This document shows positions 28,001 through 43,100 of a stretch of 64,000 bases of DNA, piece by piece (the first letter of the stretch is position 1; each line of letters starts with the position of its first letter). The notes beneath the pieces were generated by a model, which worked only from the letters and a program-made list of their open reading frames with translations, did not search any database and was not told the DNA's origin. Position numbers and translations under genes: made by a program. Source of the stretch: Eledone cirrhosa (Eukaryota); assembly GCA_964016885.1 (NCBI GenBank), contig OZ024742.1, positions 341,682,001-341,746,000 of the forward strand, read 5' to 3'.

Positions 28001-31000
28001 CTGGTTCACTCTACACGGTACATCAGTGTTCTATCGAGAGCGTTAGCTTCATTACAATATTTATTAAAACCCTGTTTCACTCTACACGGTACATCAGTGT
28101 TCTATTGAGAGTGTTAGCTTCATTACAATATTTAGTAAAACCTTGTTTCACTCTACACGATACACCAATCTTCTATGGAGAGTGTTAACTTCATTACAAT
28201 ATTTATTAAAACCCTGGTTCACTCTACACGGTACATCAGTGTTCTATCGAGAGTGTTAGCTTCATTACCATATTTAGTAAAACCCTGTTTCACTCTACAC
28301 GGTACATCAGTGTTCTATCGAGAGTGTTAGCATTATAACAATATTTAGTAAAACCCTGTTTCACTCTACACGGTACATCAGTGCTCTATCGAGTGTGTTA
28401 GCTTCATTACAATATTTATTAAAACCCTGTTTCACTCTACACGGTACATCAGTGTTCTATCGAGAGTGTAGCTTCATTACAATATTTATTAAAACCCTGT
28501 TTCACTCTACACGGTACATCAGTGCTCTATCGAGAGTGTTAGCTTCATTACAATATTTAGTAAAACCCTGTTTCACTCTACACGGTACATCAGTGCTCTA
28601 TCGAGAGTGTTAGCTTCATTACAGTATTTATTAAAACCCTGTTTCACTCTACACGGTACATCAGTGCTCTATCGAGAGTGGTAGCTTTATAACAATATTT
28701 ATTAAAACCCTGTTTCACTCTACACGGTAGATCAGTGTTCTATCGAGAGTGTTAGCTTCATTACAATATTTAGTAAAACCATGTTTCGCTCTACACGGTA
28801 CACCAGTGTTCTATCGAGAGTGTTAGCTTCATTACAATATTTAGTAAAACCCTGTTTCACTCTACACGGTACATCAGTGTTCTATCGAGAGTGTTAGCTT
28901 CATTACAATAATTAGTAAAACCCTGTTTCACTATACACGGTACACCAGTCTTCTATGGAGAGTGTTAACTTCATTACAATATTTATTAAAACCCTGTTTT
29001 ACTGTACACGGTACACCAGTGTTCTATCGAGAGTGTTAGCTTCATTACAATATTTATTAAAACCCTGTTTCACTCTACACGGTACACCAGTGTTCTATCG
29101 AGAGTGTTAGCTTCATTACAATATTTAGTAAAACCCTGTTTCACTCTACCCGGTACATTAGTGTTCTATCGAGAGTGTTAGCTTCATTACAATATTTAGT
29201 AAAACCCTGTTTCACTCTACACGGTACATCAGTGTTCTATCGAGAGTGTTAGCTTCATTACAATATTTAGTAAAACTCTGTTTCACTCTACACGGTACAT
29301 TAGTGCTCTATCGAGAGTGTTAGCTTTATAACAATATTTATTAAAACCCTGTTTCACTCTACACGGTACATCAGTGCTCTATCGAGAGTGTTAGCTTTAT
29401 AACAATATTTATTAAAACCCTGTTTCATTCTATACGGTATATCAGTGTTCTATCGAGAGTGTTAGCTTCATTACAGTATTTAGTAAAACCCTGTTTCACT
29501 CTACACGGTACATCAGTGTTCTATCGAGAGTGTAGCTTCATTACAATATTTATTAAAACCCTGTTTCACTCTACACGGTACATCAGTGTTCTATCGAGAG
29601 TGTTAGCTTCATTACAATATTTATTAAAACCCTGTTTCACTCTACACGATACATCAGCGCTCTATCGAGAGTGTTAGCTTCATTACAATATTTATTAAAA
29701 CCCTGTTTCACTCTACACGGTACACCAGTCTTCTATGGAGAGTGTTAACTTCATTACAATATTTATTAAAACCCTGTTTCACTCTACACGGTACATTAGT
29801 GTTCTATCGAGAGTGTTAGCTTCATTACAATATTTATTTAAACCCTGTTTCACTCTACACGGTACATCAGTGCCCTATCGAGAGTGTTAACTTCATTACA
29901 ATTTTTAGTAAAACCCTGTTTCACTCTACACGGTACATCAGTGCTCTATCGAGAGCGTTAGCTTCTTTACAATATTTATTAAAACCCTGTTTCACTCTAC
30001 ACGGTACATCAGTGTTCTATCGAGAGTTTTAGCTTCATTACAATATTTAGTAAAACCCTGTTTCACTCTACACGGTACATCAGTGTTCTATCGAGAGTGT
30101 AGCTTCATTACAATATTCATTAAAACCCTGTTTCACTCTACACGGTACATCAGTGCTCTATCGTGAGTTTTAGCTTCATTACAATATTTAGTAAAACCCT
30201 GTTTCACTCTACACGGTACATCAGTGCTCTATCGAGGGTGTTAGCTTCATTACAATATTTATTAAAACCCTGTTTCACTCTACACGGTACACCAGTGTTC
30301 TATCAAGAGTGTTAGCTTCATTACAATATTTAGTAAAACCCTGTTTCACTCTACACGGTACATCAGTTTTCTATCGAGAGTGTTAGCTTCATTACAATAT
30401 TTAGTAAAACCCTGTTTCACTCTACACGTTACACCAGTCTTATATGGAGAGTGTTAACTTCATTACAATATTTATTAAAACCCTGTTTCACTCTACACGG
30501 TATATCAGTGTTCTATCGAGAGTGTTAGCTTCATTACAATATTTAGTAAAACCCTGTTTCACTCTACACGGTACACCAGTCTTCTATGGAGAGTGTTAAC
30601 TTCATTACAATATTTATTAAAAGCCTGTTTCACTCTACACGGTACATCAGTGTTCTATCGAGAGTTTTAGCTTCATTACAATATTTAGTAAAACCCTGTT
30701 TCACTGTACACGGTACATCAGTGCTCTATCGAGGGTGTTAGCTTCATTACAATATTTATTAAAACCCTGTTTCACTCTACACGGTACATCAGTGTTCTAT
30801 CGAGAGTTTTAGCTTCATTACAATATTTAGTAAAACCCTGTTTCACTGTACACGGTACATCAGTGTTCTATCGAGAGTGTTAGCTTCATTACAATATTTA
30901 GTAAAACCCTATTTCACTCTACACGGTACATCAGTGCTCTATCGAGAGTGTTAGCTTCATTACAATATTTATTAAAACCCTGTTTCACTCTACACGGTAC

Positions 31001-33360
31001 ATCAGTGTTCTATCGAGAGTGTTAGCTTCATTACAATATTTATTTAAACCCTGTTTCACTCTACACGGTACATCAGTGCCCTATCGAGAGTGTTAACTTC
31101 ATTACAATTTTTAGTAAAACCCTGTTTCACTCTACACGGTACATCAGTGCTCTATCGAGAGCGTTAGCTTCTTTACAATATTTATTAAAACCCTGTTTCA
31201 CTCTACACGGTACATCAGTGTTCTATCGAGAGTTTTAGCTTCATTACAATATTTAGTAAAACCCTGTTTCACTCTACACGGTACATCAGTGTTCTATCGA
31301 GAGTGTAGCTTCATTACAATATTCATTAAAACCCTGTTTCACTCTACACGGTACATCAGTGCTCTATCGTGGGTTTTAGCTTCATTACAATATTTAGTAA
31401 AACCCTGTTTCACTCTACACGGTACATCAGTGCTCTATCGAGAGTGGTAGCTTTATAACAATATTTATTAAAAACCTGTTTCACTCTACACGGTAGATCA
31501 GTGTTCTATCGAGAGTGTTAGCTTCATTACAATATTTAGTAAAACCATGTTTCACTCTACACGGTACACCAGTGTTCTATCGAGAGTGTTAGCTTCATTA
31601 CAATATTTAGTAAAACCTTGTTTCACTCTACACGGTACACCGGTCTTCTATGGGGAGTGTTAACTTCATTACAATATTTATTAAAACCCTGTTTCACTCT
31701 ACACGGTACACCAGTGTTCTATCGAGAGTGTTAGCTTCATTACAATATTTATTTAAACCCTGGTTCACTCTACACGGTACATCAGTGCCCTATCGAGAGT
31801 GTTAACTTCATTACAATATTTAGTAAAACCTTGTTTCACTCTACACGATACACCAATCTTCTATGGAGAGTGTTAACTTCATTACAATATTTATTTAAAC
31901 CCTGTTTCACTCTACACGGTACATCAGTGCCCTATCGAGAGTGTTAACTTCATTACAATATTTAGTAAAACCCTGTTTCACTCTACACGGTACATCGAGA
32001 GTGTAGCTTCATTACAATATTTATTAAAACCCTGTTTCACTCTACACGGTACACCAATCTTCTATGGAGAGTGTTAACTTCATTACAATATTTATTAAAA
32101 CCCTGGTTCACTCTACACGGTACATCAGTGTTCTATCGAGAGCGTTAGCTTCATTACAATATTTATTAAAACCCTGTTTCACTCTACACGGTACATCAGT
32201 GTTCTATTGAGAGTGTTAGCTTCATTACAATATTTAGTAAAACCTTGTTTCACTCTAACACGATACACCAATCTTCTATGGAGAGTGTTAACTTCATTAC
32301 AATATTTATTAAAACCCTGGTTCACTCTACACGGTACATCAGTGTTCTATCGAGAGTGTTAGCTTCATTACCATATTTAGTAAAACCCTGTTTCACTCTA
32401 CACGGTACATCAGTGTTCTATCGAGAGTGTTAGCATTATAACAATATTTAGTAAAACCCTGTTTCACTCTACACGGTACATCAGTGCTCTATCGAGTGTG
32501 TTAGCTTCATTACAATATTTATTAAAACCCTGTTTCACTCTACACGGTACATCAGTGTTCTATCGAGAGTGTAGCTTCATTACAATATTTATTAAAACCC
32601 TGTTTCACTCTACACGGTACATCAGTGCTCTATCGAGAGTGTTAGCTTCATTACAATATTTAGTAAAACCCTGTTTCACTCTACACGGTACATCAGTGCT
32701 CTATCGAGAGTGTTAGCTTCATTACAGTATTTATTAAAACCCTGTTTCACTATACACGGTACATCAGTGCTCTATCGAGAGTGGTAGCTTTATAACAATA
32801 TTTATTAAAACCCTGTTTCACTCTACACGGTAGATCAGTGTTCTATCGAGAGTGTTAGCTTCATTACAATATTTAGTAAAACCATGTTTCGCTCTACACG
32901 GTACACCAGTGTTCTATCGAGAGTGTTAGCTTCATTACAATATTTAGTAAAACCCTGTTTCACTCTACACGGTACATCAGTGTTCTATCGAGAGTGTTAG
33001 CTTCATTACAATAATTAGTAAAACCCTGTTTCACTATACACGGTACACCAGTCTTCTATGGAGAGTGTTAACTTCATTACAATATTTATTAAAACCCTGT
33101 TTTACTGTACACGGTACACCAGTGTTCTATCGAGAGTGTTAGCTTCATTACAATATTTATTAAAACCCTGTTTCACTCTACACGGTACACCAGTGTTCTA
33201 TCGAGAGTGTTAGCTTCATTACAATATTTAGTAAAACCCTGTTTCACTCTACCCGGTACATTAGTGTTCTATCGAGAGTGTTAGCTTCATTACAATATTT
33301 AGTAAAACCCTGTTTCACTCTACACGGTACATCAGTGTTCTATCGAGAGTGTTAGCTTCA
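25085..33360. repeat. Tandem higher-order duplication of about 4.1-4.2 kb (about 58-59 monomers, junction near 29258)
   Basis: Shared rare variants: aaactctg (about 25100/29273), aaaagcctg (about 26446/30619), ccctattt, caccggtc, agcattata, ctacccgg. ORF offsets are 4173 (25286/29459) and 4103 (28395/32498). Confidence 0.85.
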
Positions 33361-35929
33361 TTACAATATTTAGTAAAACCCTGTTTCACTCTACACGGTA
33401 CATTAGTGCTCTATCGAGAGTGTTAGCTTTACAACAATATTTATTAAAACCCTGTTTCACTCTACACGGTACACCAGTGCCCTATCGGGAGTGTTAGCTT
33501 CATTACAATATTTAGTAAAACCCTGTTTCACTCTACACGGTACATCAGTGTTCTATCGAGAGTGTTAGCTTCATTACAATATTTAGTAAAACCCTGTTTC
33601 ACTCTACACGGTACATCAGTGTTCTATCGAGAGTGTTAGCTTCATTACAATATTTAGTAAAATCCTGTTTCACTCTACACGGTACATCAGTGTTCTATCG
33701 AGAGTGTTAGCTTCATTACAATATTTAGTAAAACCCTGTTTCACTCTACACGGTACATTAGTGCTCTATCGAGAGTGTTAGCTTTATAACAATATTTATT
33801 AAAACACTGTTTTACTCTACACGGTACATCAGTGCTCTATCGAGAGTGTTAGCTTTATAACAGTATTTATTAAAACCCTGTTTCATTCTACACGGTACAT
33901 CAGTGTTCTATCGAGAGTGTTAGCTTCATTACAGTATTTAGTAAAACCCTGTTTCACTCTACACGGTACATCAGTGTTCTATCGAGAGTGTAGCTTCATT
34001 ACAATATTTATTAAAACCCTGTTTCACTCTACACGGTACATCAGTGTTCTATCGAGAGTGTTAGCTTCATTACAATATTTATTAAAACCCTGTTTCACTC
34101 TACACGGTACACCAGTCTTCTATGGAGAGTGTTAACTTCATTACAATATTTATTAAAACCCTGTTTCACTCTACACGGTACATCAGTGTTCTATCGAGAG
34201 TGTTAGCTTCATTACAATATTTATTTAAACCCTGTTTCACTCTACACGGTACATCAGTGCCCTATCGAGAGTGTTAACTTCATTACAATTTTTAGTAAAA
34301 CCCTGTTTCACTCTACACGGTACATCAGTGCTCTATCAAGTGTGTTAGCTTCATTACAATATTTATTAAAACCCTGTTTCACTCTACACGGTACATCAGT
34401 GTTCTATCGAGAGTGTTAGCTTCATTACAATATTTATTAAAACCCTGTTTCACTCTACACGGTACATCAGTGTTCTATCGAGAGTGTAGCTTCATTACAA
34501 TATTTATTAAAACCCTGTTTCACTATACACGGTACATCAGTACTCTATCGAGAGTGTTAGCTTCATTACAATATTTATTAAAACCCTGTTTCAGTCTACA
34601 CGGTACATCAGTGTTCTATCGAGAGTGTTAGCTTTATAACAATATTTAGTAAAACCCTGTTTCACTCTACACGGTACATCAGTGTTCTATCGAGAGTGTA
34701 GCTTCATTACAATATTTATTATAACCCTGTTTCACTATACACGGTACATCAGTACTCTATCGAGAGTGTTAGCTTCATTACAATATTTAGTAAAACCCTG
34801 TTTCACTCTACACGGTACATCAGTGCTCTATCGAGAGTGGTAGCTTTATAACAATATTTATTAAAACCCTGTTTCACTCTACACGGTGGATCAGTGTTCT
34901 ATCGAGAGTGTTAGCTTCATTACAATATTTAGTAAAACCATGTTTCACTCTACACGGTACACCAGTGTTCTATCGAGAGTGTTAGCTTCATTATAATATT
35001 TAGTAAAACCCTGTTTCACTCTACACGGTACATCAGTGTTCTATCGAGAGTGTTAGCATCATTACAATATTTAGTAAAACCCTGTTTCACTCTACACGGT
35101 ACACCAGTCTTCTATGGGGAGTGTTAACTTCATTACAATATTTATTAAAACCCTGTTTCACTCTACACGGTACATCAGTGTTCTATCGAGAGTGTTAGCT
35201 TCATTACAATATTTAGTAAAACCCTGTTTCACTCTACACGGTACATCGAGAGTGTAGCTTCATTACAATATTTATTAAAACCCTGTTTCACTCTACACGG
35301 TACACCAATCTTCTATGGAGAGTGTTAACTTCATTACAATATTTATTAAAACCCTGGTTCACTCTACACGGTACATCAGTGTTCTATCGAGAGCGTTAGC
35401 TTCATTACAATATTTATTAAAACCCTGTTTCACTCTACACGGTACATCAGTGTTCTATTGAGAGTGTTAGCTTCATTACAATATTTAGTAAAACCTTGTT
35501 TCACTCTACACGATACACCAATCTTCTATGGAGAGTGTTAACTTCATTACAATATTTATTAAAACCCTGGTTCACTCTACACGGTACATCAGTGTTCTAT
35601 CGAGAGTGTTAGCTTCATTACCATATTTAGTAAAACCCTGTTTCACTCTACACGGTACATCAGTGTTCTATCGAGAGTGTTAGCTTTATAACAATATTTA
35701 GTAAAACCCTGTTTCACTCTACACGGTACATCAGTGCTCTATCGAGTGTGTTAGCTTCATTACAATATTTATTAAAACCCTGTTTCACTCTACACGGTAC
35801 ATCAGTGTTCTATCGAGAGTGTAGCTTCATTACAATATTTATTAAAACCCTGTTTCACTCTACACGGTACATCAGTGCTCTATCGAGAGTGTTAGCTTCA
35901 TTACAATATTTAGTAAAACCCTGTTTCAC

Positions 35930-38900
35930 TCTACACGGTACATCAGTGCTCTATCGAGAGTGTTAGCTTCATTACAATATTTATTAAAACCCTGTTTCAC
36001 TCTACACGGTACATCAGTGCTCTATCGAGAGTGGTAGCTTTATAACAATATTTATTAAAACCATGTTTCGCTCTACACGGTACACCAGTGTTCTATCGAG
36101 AGTGTTAGCTTCATTACAATATTTAGTAAAACCCTGTTTCACTCTACACGGTACATCAGTGTTCTATCGAGAGTGTTAGCTTCATTACAATATTTAGTAA
36201 AACCCTGTTTCACTCTACACGGTACACCAGTCTTCTATGGGGAGTGTTAACTTCATTACAATATTTATTAAAACCCTGTTTCACTCTACACGGTACATCA
36301 GTGTTCTATCGAGAGTGTTAGCTTCATTACAATATTTAGTAAAACCCTGTTTCACTATACATGGTACACCAGTCTTCTATGGAGAGTGTTAACTTCATTA
36401 CAATATTTATTAAAACCCTGTTTCACTCTACACGGTACACCAGTGTTCTATCGAGAGTGTTAGCTTCATTACAATATTTATTTAAACCCTGTTTCACTCT
36501 ACACGGTACATCAGTGCCCTATCGAGAGTGTTAACTTCATTACAATATTTAGTAAAACCTTGTTTCACTCTACACGATACACCAATCTTCTATGGAGAGT
36601 GTTAACTTCATTACAATATTTATTTAAACCCTGTTTCACTCTACACGGTACATCAGTGCCCTATCGAGAGTGTTAACTTCATTACAATATTTAGTAAAAC
36701 CCTGTTTCACTCTACACGGTACATCGAGAGTGTAGCTTCATTACAATATTTATTAAAACCCTGTTTCACTCTACACGGTACACCAATCTTCTATGGAGAG
36801 TGTTAACTTCATTACAATATTTATTAAAACCCTGGTTCACTCTACACGGTACATCAGTGTTCTATCGAGAGCGTTAGCTTCATTACAATATTTATTAAAA
36901 CCCTGTTTCACTCTACACGGTACATCAGTGTTCTATTGAGAGTGTTAGCTTCATTACAATATTTAGTAAAACCTTGTTTCACTCTACACGATACACCAAT
37001 CTTCTATGGAGAGTGTTAACTTCATTACAATATTTATTAAAACCCTGGTTCACTCTACACGGTACATCAGTGTTCTATCGAGAGTGTTAGCTTCATTACC
37101 ATATTTAGTAAAACCCTGTTTCACTCTACACGGTACATTAGTGTTCTATCGAGAGAGTTAGCTTTATAACAATATTTAGTAAAACCCTGTTTCACTCTAC
37201 ACGGTACATCAGTGCTCTATCGAGTGTGTTAGCTTCATTACAATATTTATTAAAACCCTGTTTCACTCTACACGGTACATCAGTGTTCTATCGAGAGTGT
37301 AGCTTCATTACAATATTTATTAAAACCCTGTTTCACTCTACACGGTACATCAGTGCTCTATCGAGAGTGTTAGCTTCATTACAATATTTAGTAAAACCCT
37401 GTTTCACTCTACACGGTACATCAGTGCTCTATCGAGAGTGTTAGCTTCATTACAATATTTATTAAAACCCTGTTTCACTCTACACGGTACATCAGTGCTC
37501 TATCGAGAGTGGTAGCTTTATAACAATATTTATTAAAACCCTGTTTCACTCTACACGGTAGATCAGTGTTCTATCGAGAGTGTTAGCTTCATTACAATAT
37601 TTAGTAAAACCATGTTTCGCTCTACACGGTACACCAGTGTTCTATCGAGAGTGTTAGCTTCATTACAATATTTAGTAAAACCCTGTTTCACTCTACACGG
37701 TACATCAGTGTTCTATCGAGAGTGTTAGCTTCATTACAATATTTAGTAAAACCCTGTTTCACTCTACACGGTACACCAGTCTTCTATGGGGAGTGTTAAC
37801 TTCATTACAATATTTATTAAAACCCTGTTTCACTCTACACGGTACATCAGTGTTCTATCGAGAGTGTTAGCTTCATTACAATAATTAGTAAACCCTGTTT
37901 CACTATACACGGTACACCAGTCTTCTATGGAGAGTGTTAACTTCATTACAATATTTATTAAAACCCTGTTTTACTGTACACGGTACACCAGTGTTCTATC
38001 GAGAGTGTTAGCTTCATTACAACATTTATTAAAACCCTGTTTCACTCTACACGGTACATCAGTGCTCTATCGAGAGTGTTAGCTTCATTACAATATTTAT
38101 TAAAACCCTGTTTCACTCTACACGGTACATCAGTGCTCTATCGAGAGTGGTAGCTTTATAACAATATTTATTAAAACCATGTTTCGCTCTACACGGTACA
38201 CCAGTGTTCTATCGAGAGTGTTAGCTTCATTACAATATTTAGTAAAACCCTGTTTCACTCTACACGGTACATCAGTGTTCTATCGAGAGTGTTAGCTTCA
38301 TTACAATATTTAGTAAAACCCTGTTTCACTCTACACGGTACACCAGTCTTCTATGGGGAGTGTTAACTTCATTACAATATTTATTAAAACCCTGTTTCAC
38401 TCTACACGGTACATCAGTGTTCTATCGAGAGTGTTAGCTTCATTACAATATTTAGTAAAACCCTGTTTCACTATACATGGTACACCAGTCTTCTATGGAG
38501 AGTGTTAACTTCATTACAATATTTATTAAAACCCTGTTTCACTCTACACGGTACACCAGTGTTCTATCGAGAGTGTTAGCTTCATTACAATATTTATTTA
38601 AACCCTGTTTCACTCTACACGGTACATCAGTGCCCTATCGAGAGTGTTAACTTCATTACAATATTTAGTAAAACCTTGTTTCACTCTACACGATACACCA
38701 ATCTTCTATGGAGAGTGTTAACTTCATTACAATATTTATTTAAACCCTGTTTCACTCTACACGGTACATCAGTGCCCTATCGAGAGTGTTAACTTCATTA
38801 CAATATTTAGTAAAACCCTGTTTCACTCTACACGGTACATCGAGAGTGTAGCTTCATTACAATATTTATTAAAACCCTGTTTCACTCTACACGGTACACC

Positions 38901-40160
38901 AATCTTCTATGGAGAGTGTTAACTTCATTACAATATTTATTAAAACCCTGGTTCACTCTACACGGTACATCAGTGTTCTATCGAGAGCGTTAGCTTCATT
39001 ACAATATTTATTAAAACCCTGTTTCACTCTACACGGTACATCAGTGTTCTATTGAGAGTGTTAGCTTCATTACAATATTTAGTAAAACCTTGTTTCACTC
39101 TACACGATACACCAATCTTCTATGGAGAGTGTTAACTTCATTACAATATTTATTAAAACCCTGGTTCACTCTACACGGTACATCAGTGTTCTATCGAGAG
39201 TGTTAGCTTCATTACCATATTTAGTAAAACCCTGTTTCACTCTACACGGTACATTAGTGTTCTATCGAGAGAGTTAGCTTTATAACAATATTTAGTAAAA
39301 CCCTGTTTCACTCTACACGGTACATCAGTGCTCTATCGAGTGTGTTAGCTTCATTACAATATTTATTAAAACCCTGTTTCACTCTACACGGTACATCAGT
39401 GTTCTATCGAGAGTGTAGCTTCATTACAATATTTATTAAAACCCTGTTTCACTCTACACGGTACATCAGTGCTCTATCGAGAGTGTTAGCTTCATTACAA
39501 TATTTAGTAAAACCCTGTTTCACTCTACACGGTACATCAGTGCTCTATCGAGAGTGTTAGCTTCATTACAATATTTATTAAAACCCTGTTTCACTCTACA
39601 CGGTACATCAGTGCTCTATCGAGAGTGGTAGCTTTATAACAATATTTATTAAAACCCTGTTTCACTCTACACGGTAGATCAGTGTTCTATCGAGAGTGTT
39701 AGCTTCATTACAATATTTAGTAAAACCATGTTTCGCTCTACACGGTACACCAGTGTTCTATCGAGAGTGTTAGCTTCATTACAATATTTAGTAAAACCCT
39801 GTTTCACTCTACACGGTACATCAGTGTTCTATCGAGAGTGTTAGCTTCATTACAATATTTAGTAAAACCCTGTTTCACTCTACACGGTACACCAGTCTTC
39901 TATGGGGAGTGTTAACTTCATTACAATATTTATTAAAACCCTGTTTCACTCTACACGGTACATCAGTGTTCTATCGAGAGTGTTAGCTTCATTACAATAA
40001 TTAGTAAACCCTGTTTCACTATACACGGTACACCAGTCTTCTATGGAGAGTGTTAACTTCATTACAATATTTATTAAAACCCTGTTTTACTGTACACGGT
40101 ACACCAGTGTTCTATCGAGAGTGTTAGCTTCATTACAACATTTATTAAAACCCTGTTTCA
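35930..40160. repeat. Near-identical 2116-bp (30-monomer) tandem duplication
   Basis: 59-mers at 36682/38798 and ORFs at 37226/39342 are both offset by 2116 = 30x71-12-1-1. Shared private variants include cattagtgttctatcgagagagtt and the A-deleted agtaaaccc. Confidence 0.88.
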
Positions 40161-43100
40161 CTCTACACGGTACACCAGTGTTCTATCGAGAGTGTTAGCT
40201 TCATTACAATATTTAGTAAAACCCTGTTTCACTCTACTCGGTACATTAGTGTTCTATCGAGAGTGTTAGCTTCATTACAATATTTAGTAAAACCCTGTTT
40301 CACTCTACACGGTACATCAGTGTTCTATCGAGAGTGTTAGCTTCATTACAATATTTAGTAAAACCCTGTTTCACTCTACACGGTACATTAGTGCTCTATC
40401 GAGAGTGTTAGCTTTACAACAATATTTATTAAAACCCTGTTTCACTCTACACGGTACACCAGTGCCCTATCGGGAGTGTTAGCTTCATTACAATATTTAG
40501 TAAAACCCTGTTTCACTCTACACGGTACATCAGTGTTCTATCGAGAGTGTTAGCTTCATTACAATATTTAGTAAAACCCTGTTTCACTCTACACGGTACA
40601 TCAGTGTTCTATCGAGAGTGTTAGCTTCATTACAATATTTAGTAAAATCCTGTTTCACTCTACACGGTACATCAGTGTTCTATCGAGAGTGTTAGCTTCA
40701 TTACAATATTTAGTAAAACCGTGTTTCACTCTACACGGTACATTAGTGCTCTATCGAGAGTGTTAGCTTTATAACAATATTTATTAAAACCCTGTTTTAC
40801 TCTACACGGTACATCAGTGCTCTATCGAGAGTGTTAGCTTTATAACAGTATTTATTAAAACCCTGTTTCATTCTACACGGTACATCAGTGTTCTATCGAG
40901 AGTGTTAGCTTCATTACAGTATTTAGTAAAACCCTGTTTCACTCTACACGGTACATCAGTGTTCTATCGAGAGTGTAGCTTCATTACAATATTTATTAAA
41001 ACCCTGTTTCACTCTACACGGTACATCAGTGTTCTATCGAGAGTGTTAGCTTCATTACAATATTTATTAAAACCCTGTTTCACTCTACACGGTACACCAG
41101 TCTTCTATGGAGAGTGTTAACTTCATTACAATATTTATTAAAACCCTGTTTCACACTACACGGTACATCAGTGTTCTATCGAGAGTGTTAGCTTCATTAC
41201 AATATTTATTTAAACCCTGTTTCACTCTACACGGTACATCAGTGCCCTATCGAGAGTGTTAACTTCATTACAATTTTTAGTAAAACCCTGTTTCACTCTA
41301 CACGGTACATCAGTGCTCTATCAAGTGTGTTAGCTTCATTACAATATTTATTAAAACCCTGTTTCACTCTACACGGTACATCAGTGTTCTATCGAGAGTG
41401 TTAGCTTCATTACAATATTTATTAAAATCCTGTTTCACTCTACACGGTACATCAGTGTTCTATCGAGAGTGTAGCTTCATTACAATATTTATTAAAACCC
41501 TGTTTCACTATACACGGTACATCAGTACTCTATCGAGAGTGTTAGCTTCATTACAATATTTATTAAAACCCTGTTTCAGTCTACACGGTACATCAGTGTT
41601 CTATCGAGAGTGTTAGCTTTATAACAATATTTAGTAAAACCCTGTTTCACTCTACACGGTACATCAGTGTTCTGTCGAGAGTGTAGCTTCATTACAATAT
41701 TTATTATAACCCTGTTTCACTATACACGGTACATCAGTACTCTATCGAGAGTGTTAGCTTCATTACAATATTTAGTAAAACCCTGTTTCACTCTACACGG
41801 TACATCAGTGCTCTATCGAGAGTGGTAGCTTTATAACAATATTTATTAAAACCCTGTTTCACTCTACACGGTAGATCAGTGTTCTATCGAGAGTGTTAGC
41901 TTCATTACAATATTTAGTAAAACCATGTTTCACTCTACACGGTACACCAGTGTTCTATCGAGAGTGTTAGCTTCATTATAATATTTAGTAAAACCCTGTT
42001 TCACTCTACACGGTACATCAGTGTTCTATCGAGAGTGTTAGCATCATTACAATATTTAGTAAAACCCTGTTTCACTCTACACGGTACACCAGTCTTCTAT
42101 GGGGAGTGTTAACTTCATTACAATATTTATTAAAACCCTGTTTCACTCTACACGGTACATCAGTGTTCTATCGAGAGTGTTAGCTTCATTACAATATTTA
42201 GTAAAACCCTGTTTCACTCTACACGGTACATCAGTGCTCTATCGAGAGTGTTAGCTTCATTACAATATTTATTAAAACCCTGTTTCACTCTACACGGTAC
42301 ATCAGTGCTCTATCGAGAGTGGTAGCTTTATAACAATATTTATTAAAACCCTGTTTCACTCTACACGGTAGATCAGTGTTCTATCGAGAGTGTTAGCTTC
42401 ATTACAATATTTAGTAAAACCATGTTTCGCTCTACACGGTACACCAGTGTTCTATCGAGAGTGTTAGCTTCATTACAATATTTAGTAAAACCCTGTTTCA
42501 CTCTACACGGTACATCAGTGTTCTATCGAGAGTGTTAGCTTCATTACAATATTTAGTAAAACCCTGTTTCACTCTACACGGTACACCAGTCTTCTATGGG
42601 GAGTGTTAACTTCATTACAATATTTATTAAAACCCTGTTTCACTCTACACGGTACATCAGTGTTCTATCGAGAGTGTTAGCTTCATTACAATAATTAGTA
42701 AAACCCTGTTTCACTATACACGGTACACCAGTCTTCTATGGAGAGTGTTAACTTCATTACAATATTTATTAAAACCCTGTTTTACTGTACACGGTACACC
42801 AGTGTTCTATCGAGAGTGTTAGCTTCATTACAACATTTATTAAAACCCTGTTTCACTCTACACGGTACACCAGTGTTCTATCGAGAGTGTTAGCTTCATT
42901 ACAATATTTAGTAAAACCCTGTTTCACTCTACTCGGTACATTAGTGTTCTATCGAGAGTGTTAGCTTCATTACATTATTTAGTAAAACCCTGTTTCACTC
43001 TACACGGTACATCAGTGTTCTATCGAGAGTGTTAGCTTCATTACAATATTTAGTAAAACCCTGTTTCACTCTACACGGTACATTAGTGCTCTATCGAGAG

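Noticed and set aside
32225-32296. Single-copy 1-bp insertion (ctctaacacg) creating the ORF at 32245
   Set aside because: It is absent from the paralogous position near 28150, so it is a private indel or sequencing error with no functional support.
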